A stretch of 16,725 bases of DNA from IMG/VR virus record IMGVR_UViG_638341082_000006; one strand, given 5' to 3'. A program made the translations under genes and the position numbers. This document shows, one piece after another, positions 1 to 9,046 of this stretch. The first letter of the stretch is position 1. Each line of letters starts with the position of its first letter. The notes below the pieces were generated by a model that was not told the origin of the DNA, did not search any database, and was given only the letters and a program-made list of their open reading frames with translations. This DNA is from a virus (lineage: Duplodnaviria > Heunggongvirae > Uroviricota > Caudoviricetes).

Positions 1-288
1 ATGAATATAATTCTGCCGATAAAAGATATATTTATTATTGCGGGAAACATAGTTTTTAGCGTTTTATACAATGAACATCTTGAGTTCCCATGCCGCTGCC
101 AATTACTATCTTCAAATTCTGAAGTTATGCAAGAGTTATATATTGAAAAAGAGTTATTTATTAAACGCACTACGGAAAATGATTGTCGTGCTTTAGTGTT
201 AAGAGGAACATTGGAATACTTATTTGATGAAATTATTGCTGGCGAGTGTGCATTGGCCTTATTACAAAAAGAAATAAAAAAAGATTAA
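1..288 (+). CDS. hypothetical protein, 95 aa, in very AT-rich DNA; reading frame continues in +1 frame after an A7 tract (possible frameshifted gene)
   Basis: ORF track 1..288; window starts at its ATG; no recognisable motif; frame-2 open reading 278..574 without start codon follows. Confidence 0.35.
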   Translation: MNIILPIKDIFIIAGNIVFSVLYNEHLEFPCRCQLLSSNSEVMQELYIEKELFIKRTTENDCRALVLRGTLEYLFDEIIAGECALALLQKEIKKD

Positions 289-578
289 TCCAATATGTAG
301 AACGGGACAATACCCATCTTTTAACAATGAACTTCGTAATTTTTATCTTAGAAATAATGCTACATTATATGAGGTATATCATGAGGTAAAAAATGTTAAC
401 AAGGGAGTTGGCCTGGTGGGAGATAATGGTATCGTCCTGGTAATTAGAAGTTCCAATTCCAAAAATACACTTGAGGAATTTCATGAATTCTTTGGAAACT
501 TCAAACCTAATAATTCAACAGCTCGAGTTGAAGTGATTGATCAATCCGTTTTAGAACCTTTTTGGAGATTTTAAAAAT

Positions 579-776
579 ATGATCACCAAATCAAGTATAC
601 TCATAGAGTATAAAGATAAAAGTAAACTAACCGATAGTATTTATAAGTTTGTAAATGCTCTAGACATTGACTTTTCGATATTAAAATATGACTACTTTGA
701 TGTAAATGAGTATAAAAAAACATTACTTATGACACATCTTTTATTGACAAAGATGCAGAATATATTGAATTACTAG
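579..776 (+). CDS. hypothetical protein, 65 aa; frame continues in -1 frame (716..1054) after an A7 tract, possible frameshifted ~158 aa gene
   Basis: ORF track 579..776 with ATG at 579; downstream frame-2 open stretch of 112 codons with no start codon, translated by hand. Confidence 0.3.
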   Translation: MITKSSILIEYKDKSKLTDSIYKFVNALDIDFSILKYDYFDVNEYKKTLLMTHLLLTKMQNILNY

Positions 777-1095
777 CGAAGATTGATTTTTCTTATGAAG
801 TTGATTTCGGCACATCAACAACATCGATTGAAAGCAAGTATCTTCCATCTCTAACTGATTTCATCGCTCAATCACTATCACAACAATTAAATTGTGACAT
901 AATAACCAGCTTTAAACCATTAAGTGGAGATGAGTTTTGCCCAATAACATATTTTTCAAAAGGTAAAGAAGTTATCAATTTTACGACATTTAATTCAAAT
1001 TGTTGGGATGGGGTATGCTGGGTAAAAAAAAGGAGGCAAACAAATATCCGCTAACGTAGTTTTTCAATAGCTACACCATGTCACGTAACATGATG

Positions 1096-2428
1096 CCTGG
1101 ATATTAACCAGGAAAAGATCATCAGAAGTTCACTTTTTGTACTAAATAATTCGCATTTTATGTTTAAAAATTGAGATATTCCTTATTACCTGAAGCTGTT
1201 TTTTATTGCTTATACATGATCAAATACTTCTTACATAATTAAGGAGAACAAAATGGAACTTAAAAAATTGATGGAACATATTTCTATTATCCCCGATTAC
1301 AGACAACCCTGGAAAGTGGAACATAAATTATCGGATATTCTACTGTTGACTATTTGTGCCGTTATTTCTGGTGCAGAAGGTTGGGAAAATATAGAGGATT
1401 TTGGGGAAACACATCTCGATTTTTTGAAGCAATATGGTGATTTTGAAAATGGCATTCCTGTTCACGATACCATTGCCAGAGTTGTATCCTGTATCAGTCC
1501 TGCAAAATTTCACGAGTGCTTTATTAACTTGATGCGTGATTGTCATTCTTCAGATGATAAAGACGTCATTGCAATTGATGGAAAAACGCTCCGGCACTCT
1601 TCTGACAAGAGTCACCGCAGGGGAGCGATTCATGTCATTAGTGCGTTCTCAACAATGCACAGTCTGGTCATCGGACAGATCAAGACGGATAAGAAATCTA
1701 ATGAGATTACAGCTATCCCTGAACTTATTAACATGCTGGATATTAAAGGAAAAATCATCACAACCGATGCGATGGGTTGCCAGAAAGATATTGCAGAGAA
1801 GATACAAAAACAGGGATGTGATTATTTATTCGCGGTAAAAGGAAACCAGGGGCGGCTAAATAAAGCCTTTGAGGAAAAATTTCCGCTGAAAGAATTAAAT
1901 AATCCAGAGCATGACAGTTACGCAATGAGTGAAAAGAGTCACGGCAGAGAAGAAATCCGTCTTCATATTGTTTGCGATGTCCCTGATGAACTTATTGATT
2001 TCACGTTTGAATGGAAAGGGCTAAAGAAATTATGCGTGGCAGTCTCCTTTCGGTCCATAATAGCAGAACAAAAGAAAGAGCCAGAAATGACGGTCAGATA
2101 TTATATCAGTTCTGTTGATTTAACCGCAGAGAAGTTCGCCACAGCAATCCGAAACCACTGGCACGTGGAGAATAAGCTGCACTGGCGTCTGGACGTGGTA
2201 ATGAATGAAGACGACTGCAAAATAAGAAGAGGAAATGCAGCAGAATTATTTTCAGGGATACGGCACATCGCTATTAATATTTTGACTAATGATAAGGTAT
2301 TCAAGGCAGGGTTAAGACGTAAGATGCAAAAAGCAGCCATGGAGAGAAACTATCTGGCGTCAGTCCTTGCGGGGAACGGGCTTTCGTAATCTTGCCCTGC
2401 CTGCTCACCTCCTCCAGGCACTTCCACT
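1096..2428 (+). mobile_element. ISAs1-family insertion sequence (H-repeat element); boundaries approximate
   Basis: Contains the 378-aa ISAs1/H-repeat transposase ORF; 8-bp direct repeat ACATGATG at 1088..1095 and 2429..2436 brackets a 1333-bp segment, the size expected for this family; terminal inverted repeats not identified by eye. Confidence 0.45.
1253..2389 (+). CDS. ISAs1-family transposase (H-repeat-associated protein, YhhI/YdcC-like), 378 aa
   Basis: Translation [20 protein letters not shown]...[13 protein letters not shown]... matches recalled E. coli H-repeat-associated proteins in length and sequence; RBS AAGGAG 8 nt upstream of ATG. Confidence 0.9.
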   Translation: MELKKLMEHISIIPDYRQPWKVEHKLSDILLLTICAVISGAEGWENIEDFGETHLDFLKQYGDFENGIPVHDTIARVVSCISPAKFHECFINLMRDCHSSDDKDVIAIDGKTLRHSSDKSHRRGAIHVISAFSTMHSLVIGQIKTDKKSNEITAIPELINMLDIKGKIITTDAMGCQKDIAEKIQKQGCDYLFAVKGNQGRLNKAFEEKFPLKELNNPEHDSYAMSEKSHGREEIRLHIVCDVPDELIDFTFEWKGLKKLCVAVSFRSIIAEQKKEPEMTVRYYISSVDLTAEKFATAIRNHWHVENKLHWRLDVVMNEDDCKIRRGNAAELFSGIRHIAINILTNDKVFKAGLRRKMQKAAMERNYLASVLAGNGLS

Positions 2429-2659
2429 ACATGATGACCTGCTCGGTGCCACCGCTCCTTTTCACTATGACGTTAACCTCCCCGTCCCAGGACACCATGC
2501 TTTTGTCTACATTCTACGCAAACGGCAACTTTTATAACCAGTGTAAAAATAACGTGCCGCAATAGTCATACCTATTAATGGTAAAAAGCTGTCACAATTC
2601 ATAAAAAACCTTAATATACGCCACCCTAAACATAACCAGCGTTAATGTAAGGTTTTTGT

Positions 2660-2818
2660 GTGGACTGGCTTCTTGATGTTTTTGCTACCTGGCTCTACGG
2701 CTTAAAAGTAATCGCGATAACGTTAGCGGTCATCATGTTCATCAGCGGGCTGGACGATTTTTTTATTGATGTCGTCTACTGGGTACGCCGCATTAAACGC
2801 AAGTTGAGTGTTTATCGC
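2660..2818 (+). pseudogene. 5' fragment (about 53 codons) of a membrane-protein gene truncated at a deletion junction; possibly nfrB-like
   Basis: GTG start with AAGG upstream; N-terminus MDWLLDVFATWLYGLKVIAITLAVIMFISGL has a clear hydrophobic helix then basic patch; beyond about 2818 the frame is antisense to the Nu1 homologue. Assignment to nfrB is from K-12 gene order memory, not alignment. Confidence 0.35.
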
Positions 2819-3328
2819 CGCTATCAGTTCATCCAGCGCGGCTGCTTTGTTCATGGCTTTGATGATATCCCGTTTCAGGAAATCAACATGTCGGTTTTCC
2901 AGTTCCGGAAAACGCCGCTGCACCGACAGGGGGATCCCGTCGAGAATACTGGCAATTTCACCTGCGATCCGCGACAGCACGAAAGTACAGAATGCGGTTT
3001 CCACCACTTCAGCGGAGTCTCTGGCATTTTTCAGCTCCTGTGCGTCGGCCTGCGCACGCGTAAGTCGATGGCGTTCGTACTCAATAGTCCCTGGCTGGAG
3101 ATCTGTCTCGCTGGCCTGCCGCAGTTCTTCAACTTCCCGGCGCAGCTTTTCGTTCTCAATTTCAGCATCCCTTTCGGCATACCATCTTATAACGGCGGCA
3201 GAGTCATAAAGCACCTCATTACCCTTGCCACCGCCTCGCAGAACGGGCATTCCCTGTTCCTGCCAGTTCTGAATGGTACGGATACTCGCACCGAAAATGT
3301 CAGCCAGCTGCTTTTTGTTGACTTCCAT
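2723..3328 (-). CDS. nohD: phage terminase small subunit, lambda Nu1 family, 201 aa with non-lambda C-terminal 30 aa (fusion at a deletion junction)
   Basis: Translation MEVNKKQLADIFGASIRTIQNWQEQGMPVLRGGGKGNEVLYDSAAVI... is near-identical to lambda Nu1 through ...KAMNKAAALDELI, then diverges; no large terminase gene follows. Confidence 0.9.
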   Translation of the reverse strand: MEVNKKQLADIFGASIRTIQNWQEQGMPVLRGGGKGNEVLYDSAAVIRWYAERDAEIENEKLRREVEELRQASETDLQPGTIEYERHRLTRAQADAQELKNARDSAEVVETAFCTFVLSRIAGEIASILDGIPLSVQRRFPELENRHVDFLKRDIIKAMNKAAALDELIAAINTQLAFNAAYPVDDINKKIVQPADEHDDR

Positions 3329-3329
3329 T

Positions 3330-3560
3330 GTTCATTCCACGGCCAAAAACAGAGAAAGGAAACGACAGAGGCCCAAAAGCTCGTTTTCAGCACCTGTCGT
3401 TTCCTTTCTTTTCAGGGGGTATTTTAAATAAAAACATTAAGTTACGACGAGAGAAGAACGGAAATGCCTTAAACCGGAAAATTTTCATAAATAGCGAAAA
3501 CCCGCGAGGTCGCCGCCCCGTAACCTGTCGGATCGCCGGAAAGGACCCGCAAAATGATAA
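3330..3560 (-). other. lambda-type cos site (cosB, cosN, cosQ-side); cosN cohesive-end sequence at 3507..3518
   Basis: 3507..3518 reads aggtcgccgccc, reverse complement of GGGCGGCGACCT (lambda 12-nt cohesive end, from memory); flanking sequence ...cgtaacctgtcggatcg... and the Nu1-proximal region resemble the lambda left/right ends. Confidence 0.8.
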
Positions 3561-3717
3561 TAATTATCATCTACATGTCACAACGTGCATCTACGCCATC
3601 AAACCACGTCAAATAATCAATTATGACGCAGGTATCGTATTAATTGATCTGCATCAACTTAACGTAAAAACAACTTCAGACAATACAAATCAGCGACACT
3701 GAATACGGGGCAACCTC

Positions 3718-3912
3718 ATGTCAACTAAGAACAGAACCCGCAGAACAACAACCCGCAACATCCGCTTTCCTAACCAAATGATTGAACAAATTAACATCGC
3801 TCTTGAGCAAAAAGGGTCTGGGAATTTCTCAGCCTGGGTCATTGAAGCCTGCCGTCGGAGACTAACGTCAGAAAAGAGAGCATATACATCAATCCAGAGT
3901 GATGATGAATAA
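3718..3912 (+). CDS. ylcI: small DUF3950-like protein, homologue of lambda orf64 / DLP12 ylcI, 64 aa
   Basis: ORF track 3718..3912; position between cos and bor on the strand expected from lambda right end; sequence ...NIRFPNQMIEQINIALEQKGSGNFSAW... Confidence 0.65.
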   Translation: MSTKNRTRRTTTRNIRFPNQMIEQINIALEQKGSGNFSAWVIEACRRRLTSEKRAYTSIQSDDE

Positions 3913-4271
3913 ACATCCCGGTTTCTTCCACCATCGCACCGGAAAAGCGACTATGAGGGTAACCCTGCGTCTGTCAGCACAGTAAAACCCGGTGTGCATC
4001 GTTTTTGATTATTCCCGCACACTCACGCAGAAGGAATTCCCCGTCGGGCTACGGTCATGGTTAATGCGGGAATACGGCGACGATACAGCGCAGCTAAAAG
4101 GGTAATGGACAGAAAGAGCGGTTTATTTCATTCCACAGGATTCTGAGTGCCCCCCTCCTCCAATAGGCTGAGCATCCACCTATATAGTTTTAATTTTCAT
4201 CAATCCATTTAACTATCGTTTAATTGTTGTCACATAGGATTCTGCCGTTTTTAACAATGCAGGATAATAAG

Positions 4272-4565
4272 ATGAAAAAAATGTTGTTTTCTGCCGCTCT
4301 GGCAATGCTTATTACAGGATGTGCTCAACAGACGTTTACTGTTGGAAACAAACCGACAGCAGTAACACCAAAGGAAACCATCACCCATCACTTCTTCGTT
4401 TCGGGAATTGGACAGGAGAAAACTGTTGATGCAGCCAAAATTTGTGGCGGCGCAGAAAATGTTGTTAAAACAGAAACCCAGCAAACATTCGTAAATGGAT
4501 TGCTCGGTTTTATTACTTTAGGCATTTATACTCCGCTGGAAGCGCGTGTGTATTGCTCACAATAA
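4272..4565 (+). CDS. borD: Bor-family outer-membrane lipoprotein (serum resistance), 97 aa
   Basis: Start moved to ATG at 4272 (MKKMLFSAALAMLITGC... lipobox LITGC) with AGGA upstream; matches recalled Bor length and sequence. Confidence 0.9.
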   Translation: MKKMLFSAALAMLITGCAQQTFTVGNKPTAVTPKETITHHFFVSGIGQEKTVDAAKICGGAENVVKTETQQTFVNGLLGFITLGIYTPLEARVYCSQ

Positions 4566-4575
4566 TTGCATGAGT

Positions 4576-4593
4576 TGCCCATCGATATGGGCA
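4576..4593. terminator. hairpin between convergent borD and rzpD, likely bidirectional terminator
   Basis: tgcccat-cgat-atgggca, 7-bp perfect stem with 4-nt loop, located between the two convergent stop codons. Confidence 0.5.
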
Positions 4594-4596
4594 GCT

Positions 4597-5058
4597 CTAT
4601 CTGCACTGCTCATTAATATACTTCTGGGTTCCTTCCAGTTGTTTTTGCATAGTGATCAGCCTCTCTCTGAGGGTGAAATAATCCCGTTCAGCGGTGTCTG
4701 CCAGTCGGGGGGAGGCTGCATTATCCACGCCGGAGGCGGTGGTGGCTTCACGCACTGACTGACAGACTGCTTTGATGTGCAACCGACGACGACCAGCGGC
4801 AACATCATCACGCAGAGCATCATTTTCAGCTTTCGCATTAGCTAACTCCTTCGTGTATTTTTCATCCAGTGCAGCAACATCACGCTGGCGCATCTGCATG
4901 TCAGTAATTGCCGCGTTCGCCAGCTTCAGTTCTCTGGCATTTTTGTCGCGCTGGGCTTTGTAGGTAATGGCGTTATCACGGTAATGATTAACAGCCCATG
5001 ACAGGCAGACGATGATGCAGATAACCAGAGCGGAGATAATCGCGGTTACTCTGTTCAT
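4597..5058 (-). CDS. rzpD: Rz-type i-spanin, 153 aa
   Basis: Start moved to ATG at 5058 ([23 protein letters not shown]... N-terminal TM helix, coiled-coil rich); ATG overlaps rrrD stop. Confidence 0.9.
   Translation of the reverse strand: MNRVTAIISALVICIIVCLSWAVNHYRDNAITYKAQRDKNARELKLANAAITDMQMRQRDVAALDEKYTKELANAKAENDALRDDVAAGRRRLHIKAVCQSVREATTASGVDNAASPRLADTAERDYFTLRERLITMQKQLEGTQKYINEQCR
4656..4838 (-). CDS. rzoD: Rz1-type o-spanin lipoprotein, 60 aa, embedded in +1 frame within rzpD
   Basis: [20 protein letters not shown]... lipobox then proline-rich [15 protein letters not shown]; entirely inside rzpD in another frame. Confidence 0.85.
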   Translation of the reverse strand: MRKLKMMLCVMMLPLVVVGCTSKQSVSQCVKPPPPPAWIMQPPPDWQTPLNGIISPSERG

Positions 5059-5552
5059 TGCTGACCCCACAAACAGATTTCACGCTCAATCTCACGACGA
5101 GTCATGAGACCTTTCCATTGCTTACCGCCAGCATATGTCCAGCGACGTAGCTGATCACATGCGCCTTTGATATCGCCCTGGTTTATTTTGCGAAGAAGCG
5201 TCGATGTTCTGAAATTGCCAGCGCCCACGTTGTAAACGAACGAGTAAAGAGCGCCGCGCGTTGTTTCCGGTATATCAACTTTTATGTACGGGTTAATTTG
5301 TCTGGCGACCGTGGCAAGGTCTTTATTCAGGAGGGCTTTGCATTCTGCTTTGGTATACGTTTTACCGAGCATGATGTCTTTTCCTGTATGCCCGTGACAT
5401 ACAGTCCATACACCAACAATATCTTTGTATGGTATGTAGCTGACACCTTCCAGACCATCGTTACCACTTGGGCCAGTGATTAACACTGATGCTATAGCAA
5501 TTGCTCCGCCACCAATAGCAGCAGCAACGGCTTTTCGTAATGATGGAGGCAT
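5055..5552 (-). CDS. rrrD: SAR endolysin (phage 21 R21-type lysozyme), 165 aa
   Basis: [27 protein letters not shown]... N-terminal signal-anchor-release segment followed by lysozyme domain; ATG overlaps essD stop. Confidence 0.95.
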   Translation of the reverse strand: MPPSLRKAVAAAIGGGAIAIASVLITGPSGNDGLEGVSYIPYKDIVGVWTVCHGHTGKDIMLGKTYTKAECKALLNKDLATVARQINPYIKVDIPETTRGALYSFVYNVGAGNFRTSTLLRKINQGDIKGACDQLRRWTYAGGKQWKGLMTRREIEREICLWGQQ

Positions 5553-5767
5553 TATTCACCTCTCGCAGCCTTGCGCTTATCTTCTTTAATCTTGAAATAA
5601 AGGTTTGTCAGGTACGTCAGCAGGCCAAATACCAGGCTACCCAGCACACCTATTGCTGCCCACTGTGAGGGCGTGACTTTATCGAGCAGCTGTAAAAACC
5701 AGTAACCGGCACTACCTGCTGAGGTGCCATAGGCGACACCCGTTGTTAACTTATCCATGGATTTCAT
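5552..5767 (-). CDS. essD: pinholin (phage 21 S21-type holin/antiholin), 71 aa
   Basis: Start moved to ATG at 5767 giving [26 protein letters not shown]...; dual-start motif M-K-S-M; GAGGTGG SD upstream. Confidence 0.9.
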
Positions 5768-5812
5768 AACCCCACCTCGCAGACAAAGCGGGTGTAAATT
5801 GAGGGAATACAA

Positions 5813-6355
5813 CGTATCGCAAAAAAGCAGAAACGTAACAGACTCGGAGTCAGTGAATAACTCAGGTATTGAGTTATCAGCTAATATCGAGACTCAAAAA
5901 ATGGAAAAACCAGCTCGACGGCGGGTTTAAGCTGTGTGACGAAGTAACCACTCTTAACAGCATAACCAATTTTTTACGTACGTAAACCACTGAATGATAT
6001 TTATGAGAATGCTACCGAGTGTTCAAAACACCACCACAAATATATAAGAAAACCTCAACAAATAACCAATAAATAATTTCCGGCGTTATTTTTAGTTGAT
6101 TTAAATTAAACCACCGAATTATAGAACCCCCATAAATAACAGCCATTAATATAAATTAGCTAATAGGTTTATTTTTGTTCAAATAAGAGCCATAAATAGG
6201 TTTCGATAGAAAAAGTTCAGATAAAAATAGAGATCTACTTCACAAATTAAATGAGAAACTAAAACTTACATCTTGAAATAATCACATTGATTAGATGAAT
6301 ATTTATCGCGCAGTGACATCATTTTTTAATAATAGTTCAAAAAAAAGGGCTCACG
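5813..6355 (+). promoter_or_regulatory. long AT-rich upstream regulatory region of nmpC (promoter not precisely mapped)
   Basis: 543 bp, strongly AT-rich, no ORF of 60 aa or more, directly precedes porin start with AAGGG RBS. Confidence 0.4.
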
Positions 6356-7438
6356 ATGAAAAAATTAACAGTGGCAATTTCTGCTGTAGCTGCATCAGTA
6401 CTGATGGCGATGTCTGCTCAGGCAGCTGAAATTTATAATAAAGACAGTAACAAGCTGGATCTGTACGGGAAAGTTAATGCCAAGCACTACTTTTCCTCTA
6501 ACGATGCAGATGATGGTGATACTACTTATGCCCGTCTTGGCTTCAAAGGTGAAACCCAAATCAACGATCAACTGACTGGTTTCGGTCAGTGGGAATATGA
6601 ATTCAAAGGCAACCGCGCTGAATCTCAAGGTTCCTCCAAAGACAAAACCCGTCTTGCATTTGCAGGCCTGAAATTCGGTGACTACGGCTCAATCGATTAC
6701 GGCCGTAACTACGGTGTAGCATACGACATCGGTGCGTGGACTGACGTTCTGCCAGAATTCGGTGGCGATACCTGGACCCAAACAGATGTGTTCATGACTG
6801 GTCGCACCACTGGTGTTGCAACCTATCGTAACAACGACTTCTTTGGTCTGGTCGATGGCCTGAACTTTGCTGCTCAGTATCAGGGTAAAAATGACCGCAC
6901 TGACGTAACTGAAGCCAATGGTGATGGTTTCGGTTTCTCCACTACTTATGAGTATGAAGGATTCGGCGTGGGTGCAACCTATGCTAAATCAGATCGCACT
7001 GACGGTCAGGTCGCCTATGGTAAGAGCAAATTCAATGCCTCCGGCAAAAATGCGGAAGTATGGGCTGCAGGCCTGAAATATGATGCGAACAATATCTATC
7101 TGGCTACCACATATTCTGAAACTCAGAATATGACCGTTTTTGGTAATAACCATATTGCAAACAAAGCACAAAACTTTGAAGCAGTAGCACAATATCAGTT
7201 TGACTTCGGTCTGCGACCATCTGTTGCTTACCTTCAGTCAAAAGGTAAAGACCTTGGTGTTCATGGTGACCGAGACTTAGTCAAGTATGTCGATGTCGGT
7301 GCTACTTACTACTTTAATAAAAACATGTCCACTTTTGTTGATTACAAAATCAACTTAATTGACGATAGTAAGTTTACCAAAACAGCTGGTATTGATACCG
7401 ACGACATCGTCGCTGTAGGTCTGGTGTATCAGTTCTAA
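6356..7438 (+). CDS. nmpC: outer-membrane general porin (OmpC/OmpF/NmpC family), 360 aa, apparently intact
   Basis: Signal peptide [23 protein letters not shown], beta-barrel porin sequence ending ...VAVGLVYQF; close match to recalled NmpC. Confidence 0.95.
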   Translation: MKKLTVAISAVAASVLMAMSAQAAEIYNKDSNKLDLYGKVNAKHYFSSNDADDGDTTYARLGFKGETQINDQLTGFGQWEYEFKGNRAESQGSSKDKTRLAFAGLKFGDYGSIDYGRNYGVAYDIGAWTDVLPEFGGDTWTQTDVFMTGRTTGVATYRNNDFFGLVDGLNFAAQYQGKNDRTDVTEANGDGFGFSTTYEYEGFGVGATYAKSDRTDGQVAYGKSKFNASGKNAEVWAAGLKYDANNIYLATTYSETQNMTVFGNNHIANKAQNFEAVAQYQFDFGLRPSVAYLQSKGKDLGVHGDRDLVKYVDVGATYYFNKNMSTFVDYKINLIDDSKFTKTAGIDTDDIVAVGLVYQF

Positions 7439-7575
7439 TCTGATTACGAAAAAGATATGTTGCGGGAGGCTTTGCCTCCCCAACATATAAGTGGCTCCCT
7501 CAAGCCACTTCCTTTAGAAGCACAACCTTGCTTCTAACTATATAAACCTTCTGTTATATATTACCCTTTATTTTT

Positions 7576-7604
7576 GGGGGCGTCTCAACGCCCCATTTTT
7601 AATA
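7576..7604 (+). terminator. intrinsic terminator downstream of nmpC
   Basis: gggggcg-tctcaa-cgcccc stem-loop followed by atttttaat; two further hairpins at about 7464..7480 and 7489..7510. Confidence 0.6.
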
Positions 7605-7627
7605 ATTTTTAGTAAACAATTGGCATA

Positions 7628-8011
7628 TTAATTAGAGTTATTAACAACGATATCCATCTCTAACCGGATATCTAATGCCATTAACATCCCTTCAATTATG
7701 CCCTCAGCCTTCTGTAACCTTTTCCCGATATAACCATCAGAGCAGCAATGCTTACCTGCCAGTGACATGAATGTCATACCGACTACATAATAATCTACTA
7801 ATAAATCGTGCAAATCGCTGTTGTTCTTTTTCAGACGGGCCATGCACCCGCAAATGATCATCGCGTCATCGTCACAACATTGCGGGCGAGATTTTACTTT
7901 TGAAGGAATTAATCCCTTAAAACCGGCGGCAATGGACGACCAGGTCACATCTTCATGATTATTAGCCGCCCACGCTCCCCAACGCTCAAGAACCATCTGA
8001 ATATCACGCAT
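7628..8011 (-). CDS. quuD: late-gene antiterminator Q, 127 aa
   Basis: Start moved to ATG at 8011 ([24 protein letters not shown]...); track ORF begins at an upstream TTG; matches recalled QuuD. Confidence 0.9.
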   Translation of the reverse strand: MRDIQMVLERWGAWAANNHEDVTWSSIAAGFKGLIPSKVKSRPQCCDDDAMIICGCMARLKKNNSDLHDLLVDYYVVGMTFMSLAGKHCCSDGYIGKRLQKAEGIIEGMLMALDIRLEMDIVVNNSN

Positions 8012-8096
8012 CAACTTACTCCACAAAAATCAGACCAGAACGCCAATTACAAGCAAAAATCAATAAAACAGTATTAGTTGATTGTTATCTCTGACT

Positions 8097-8234
8097 TCAT
8101 ACTCCTGCTCCTGTCAGGGTTTTGGCGTAATTCCTCAGTATTCGGTAATCGGTCAAAACAGAACCGGGGAAACGATATAAGCGCAGGCGCATCCAGCGGT
8201 GGCGAAGACGTTCTGCCATATAAGACTCAAACAT
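8097..8234 (-). CDS. ylcG: small protein, 45 aa, translationally coupled to rusA (ylcG position)
   Basis: Hand translation MFESYWQERLRHRWMRPRLYRFPGSVLTDYRILRNYAKTLTGAGV; ATG at 8232..8234 overlaps rusA stop. Confidence 0.5.
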   Translation of the reverse strand: MFESYMAERLRHRWMRLRLYRFPGSVLTDYRILRNYAKTLTGAGV

Positions 8235-8596
8235 CATTCATCTCCCAGTTCAGTGATGGTCAGTTCCAGCTTCCCACCTTTGGTAACAGGCATCTTCACA
8301 ACGCGGTAATCAACGACCAGCTCATCATCCAGCCAGAAACCTGCTTTAGTGAGTGCGTCAAAAGCGGCTTTTTGCAGATTATCCAGGTCACGGCGACGGC
8401 GATCCGGCATGTGGCACTCAATGCGGATTTTCACAGGCATAGCCAGGCCGATATCCAGCATTGCGTTTTTAATGATTCGGGCGACGTTATCGCGGTATGC
8501 CTGCCCCTCTGCGCTGACGTGCGTGCGCCCGCGATTATGGCGGTAATAGCGATTATTGCTCGGAGGCCAGGGTAATGTGATGCTGTAGGTATTCAC
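8234..8596 (-). CDS. rusA: RusA Holliday-junction resolvase, 120 aa
   Basis: [38 protein letters not shown]... matches recalled RusA; GTG start overlapping ybcO stop. Confidence 0.95.
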   Translation of the reverse strand: MNTYSITLPWPPSNNRYYRHNRGRTHVSAEGQAYRDNVARIIKNAMLDIGLAMPVKIRIECHMPDRRRRDLDNLQKAAFDALTKAGFWLDDELVVDYRVVKMPVTKGGKLELTITELGDE

Positions 8597-8883
8597 GCCT
8601 TAATAACCCCCTCTTTCAGCCAGATAACCTGTGTTCTCGCCATACCTTCCAGCGCGCATTCTTTTGCATATGCAGCATCGACAAAATGTGTGCGGCGGTC
8701 GATTTCGTCGTGGCAGGCAGAACATGCAATGGTGGCAATCAGGTCTGGCGGTTTGGTACCGGTGCCGCACAATCCAGTCAGCCGGATATGTGCCAGTACA
8801 GACGTTTCAGGGTTGCCATTACATACGCCAGGGATTCTTACCTGGCATTCCCGACCACGCGCTGCTTTTCTCAAATCAGCCAT
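8593..8883 (-). CDS. ybcO: putative nuclease YbcO, 96 aa
   Basis: Start moved to ATG at 8883 ([28 protein letters not shown]... with Cys/His cluster); AGGAGG RBS upstream; overlaps ninE stop. Confidence 0.85.
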   Translation of the reverse strand: MADLRKAARGRECQVRIPGVCNGNPETSVLAHIRLTGLCGTGTKPPDLIATIACSACHDEIDRRTHFVDAAYAKECALEGMARTQVIWLKEGVIKA

Positions 8884-9046
8884 GATTCCTCCTTGCTGCC
8901 AGTCGCAACCATTTTTTATCAACCAGGCTGGCGGTATATCCGAGCAGTGTTGGTATTTCGGATGGTTTCAGCTCAGGCTTACGCTTACGACGATTTGGTA
9001 CTCTGTAGATGTGTCCGTTCATGACACGAATAAGCGGTGTAGCCAT
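8876..9046 (-). CDS. ninE: NinE family protein, 56 aa
   Basis: Hand translation [56 protein letters not shown]; ATG overlaps ybcN stop (TAATG). Confidence 0.8.
   Translation of the reverse strand: MATPLIRVMNGHIYRVPNRRKRKPELKPSEIPTLLGYTASLVDKKWLRLAARRNHG

Noticed and set aside
1340-2340. ORFs 1340..1546 (-), 1536..1838 (+), 2101..2340 (-) inside the transposase gene
   Set aside because: Nested in or antisense to the strongly supported ISAs1 transposase ORF.
2660-3427. 255-aa plus-strand ORF as a full-length gene
   Set aside because: Beyond the first ~53 codons it is antisense to the well-supported Nu1 homologue and runs into the cos region; only the N-terminal fragment is plausible coding sequence.
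2808-3702. ORFs 2808..3209 (+), 3187..3393 (-), 3328..3702 (+)
   Set aside because: They overlap nohD or the cos site in other frames, have Ser/Arg-rich low-complexity translations, and cos is known non-coding DNA.
4251-4963. ORFs 4251..4484 (-), 4546..4758 (+), 4772..4963 (+)
   Set aside because: Overlap borD or rzpD in other frames or antisense; the G/C-run translations look non-protein-like. Only the embedded rzoD is accepted, because Rz1-in-Rz is an established arrangement.
5812-5812. Track start codons for essD, emrE, borD, quuD, rzpD and ybcO
   Set aside because: The track extends ORFs to upstream alternative start codons; the ATG matching the known protein length (and an SD where visible) was chosen instead.
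5298-7192. ORFs 5298..5483 (+), 6395..6628 (-), 6989..7192 (-)
   Set aside because: Antisense within rrrD and nmpC, with no independent support.
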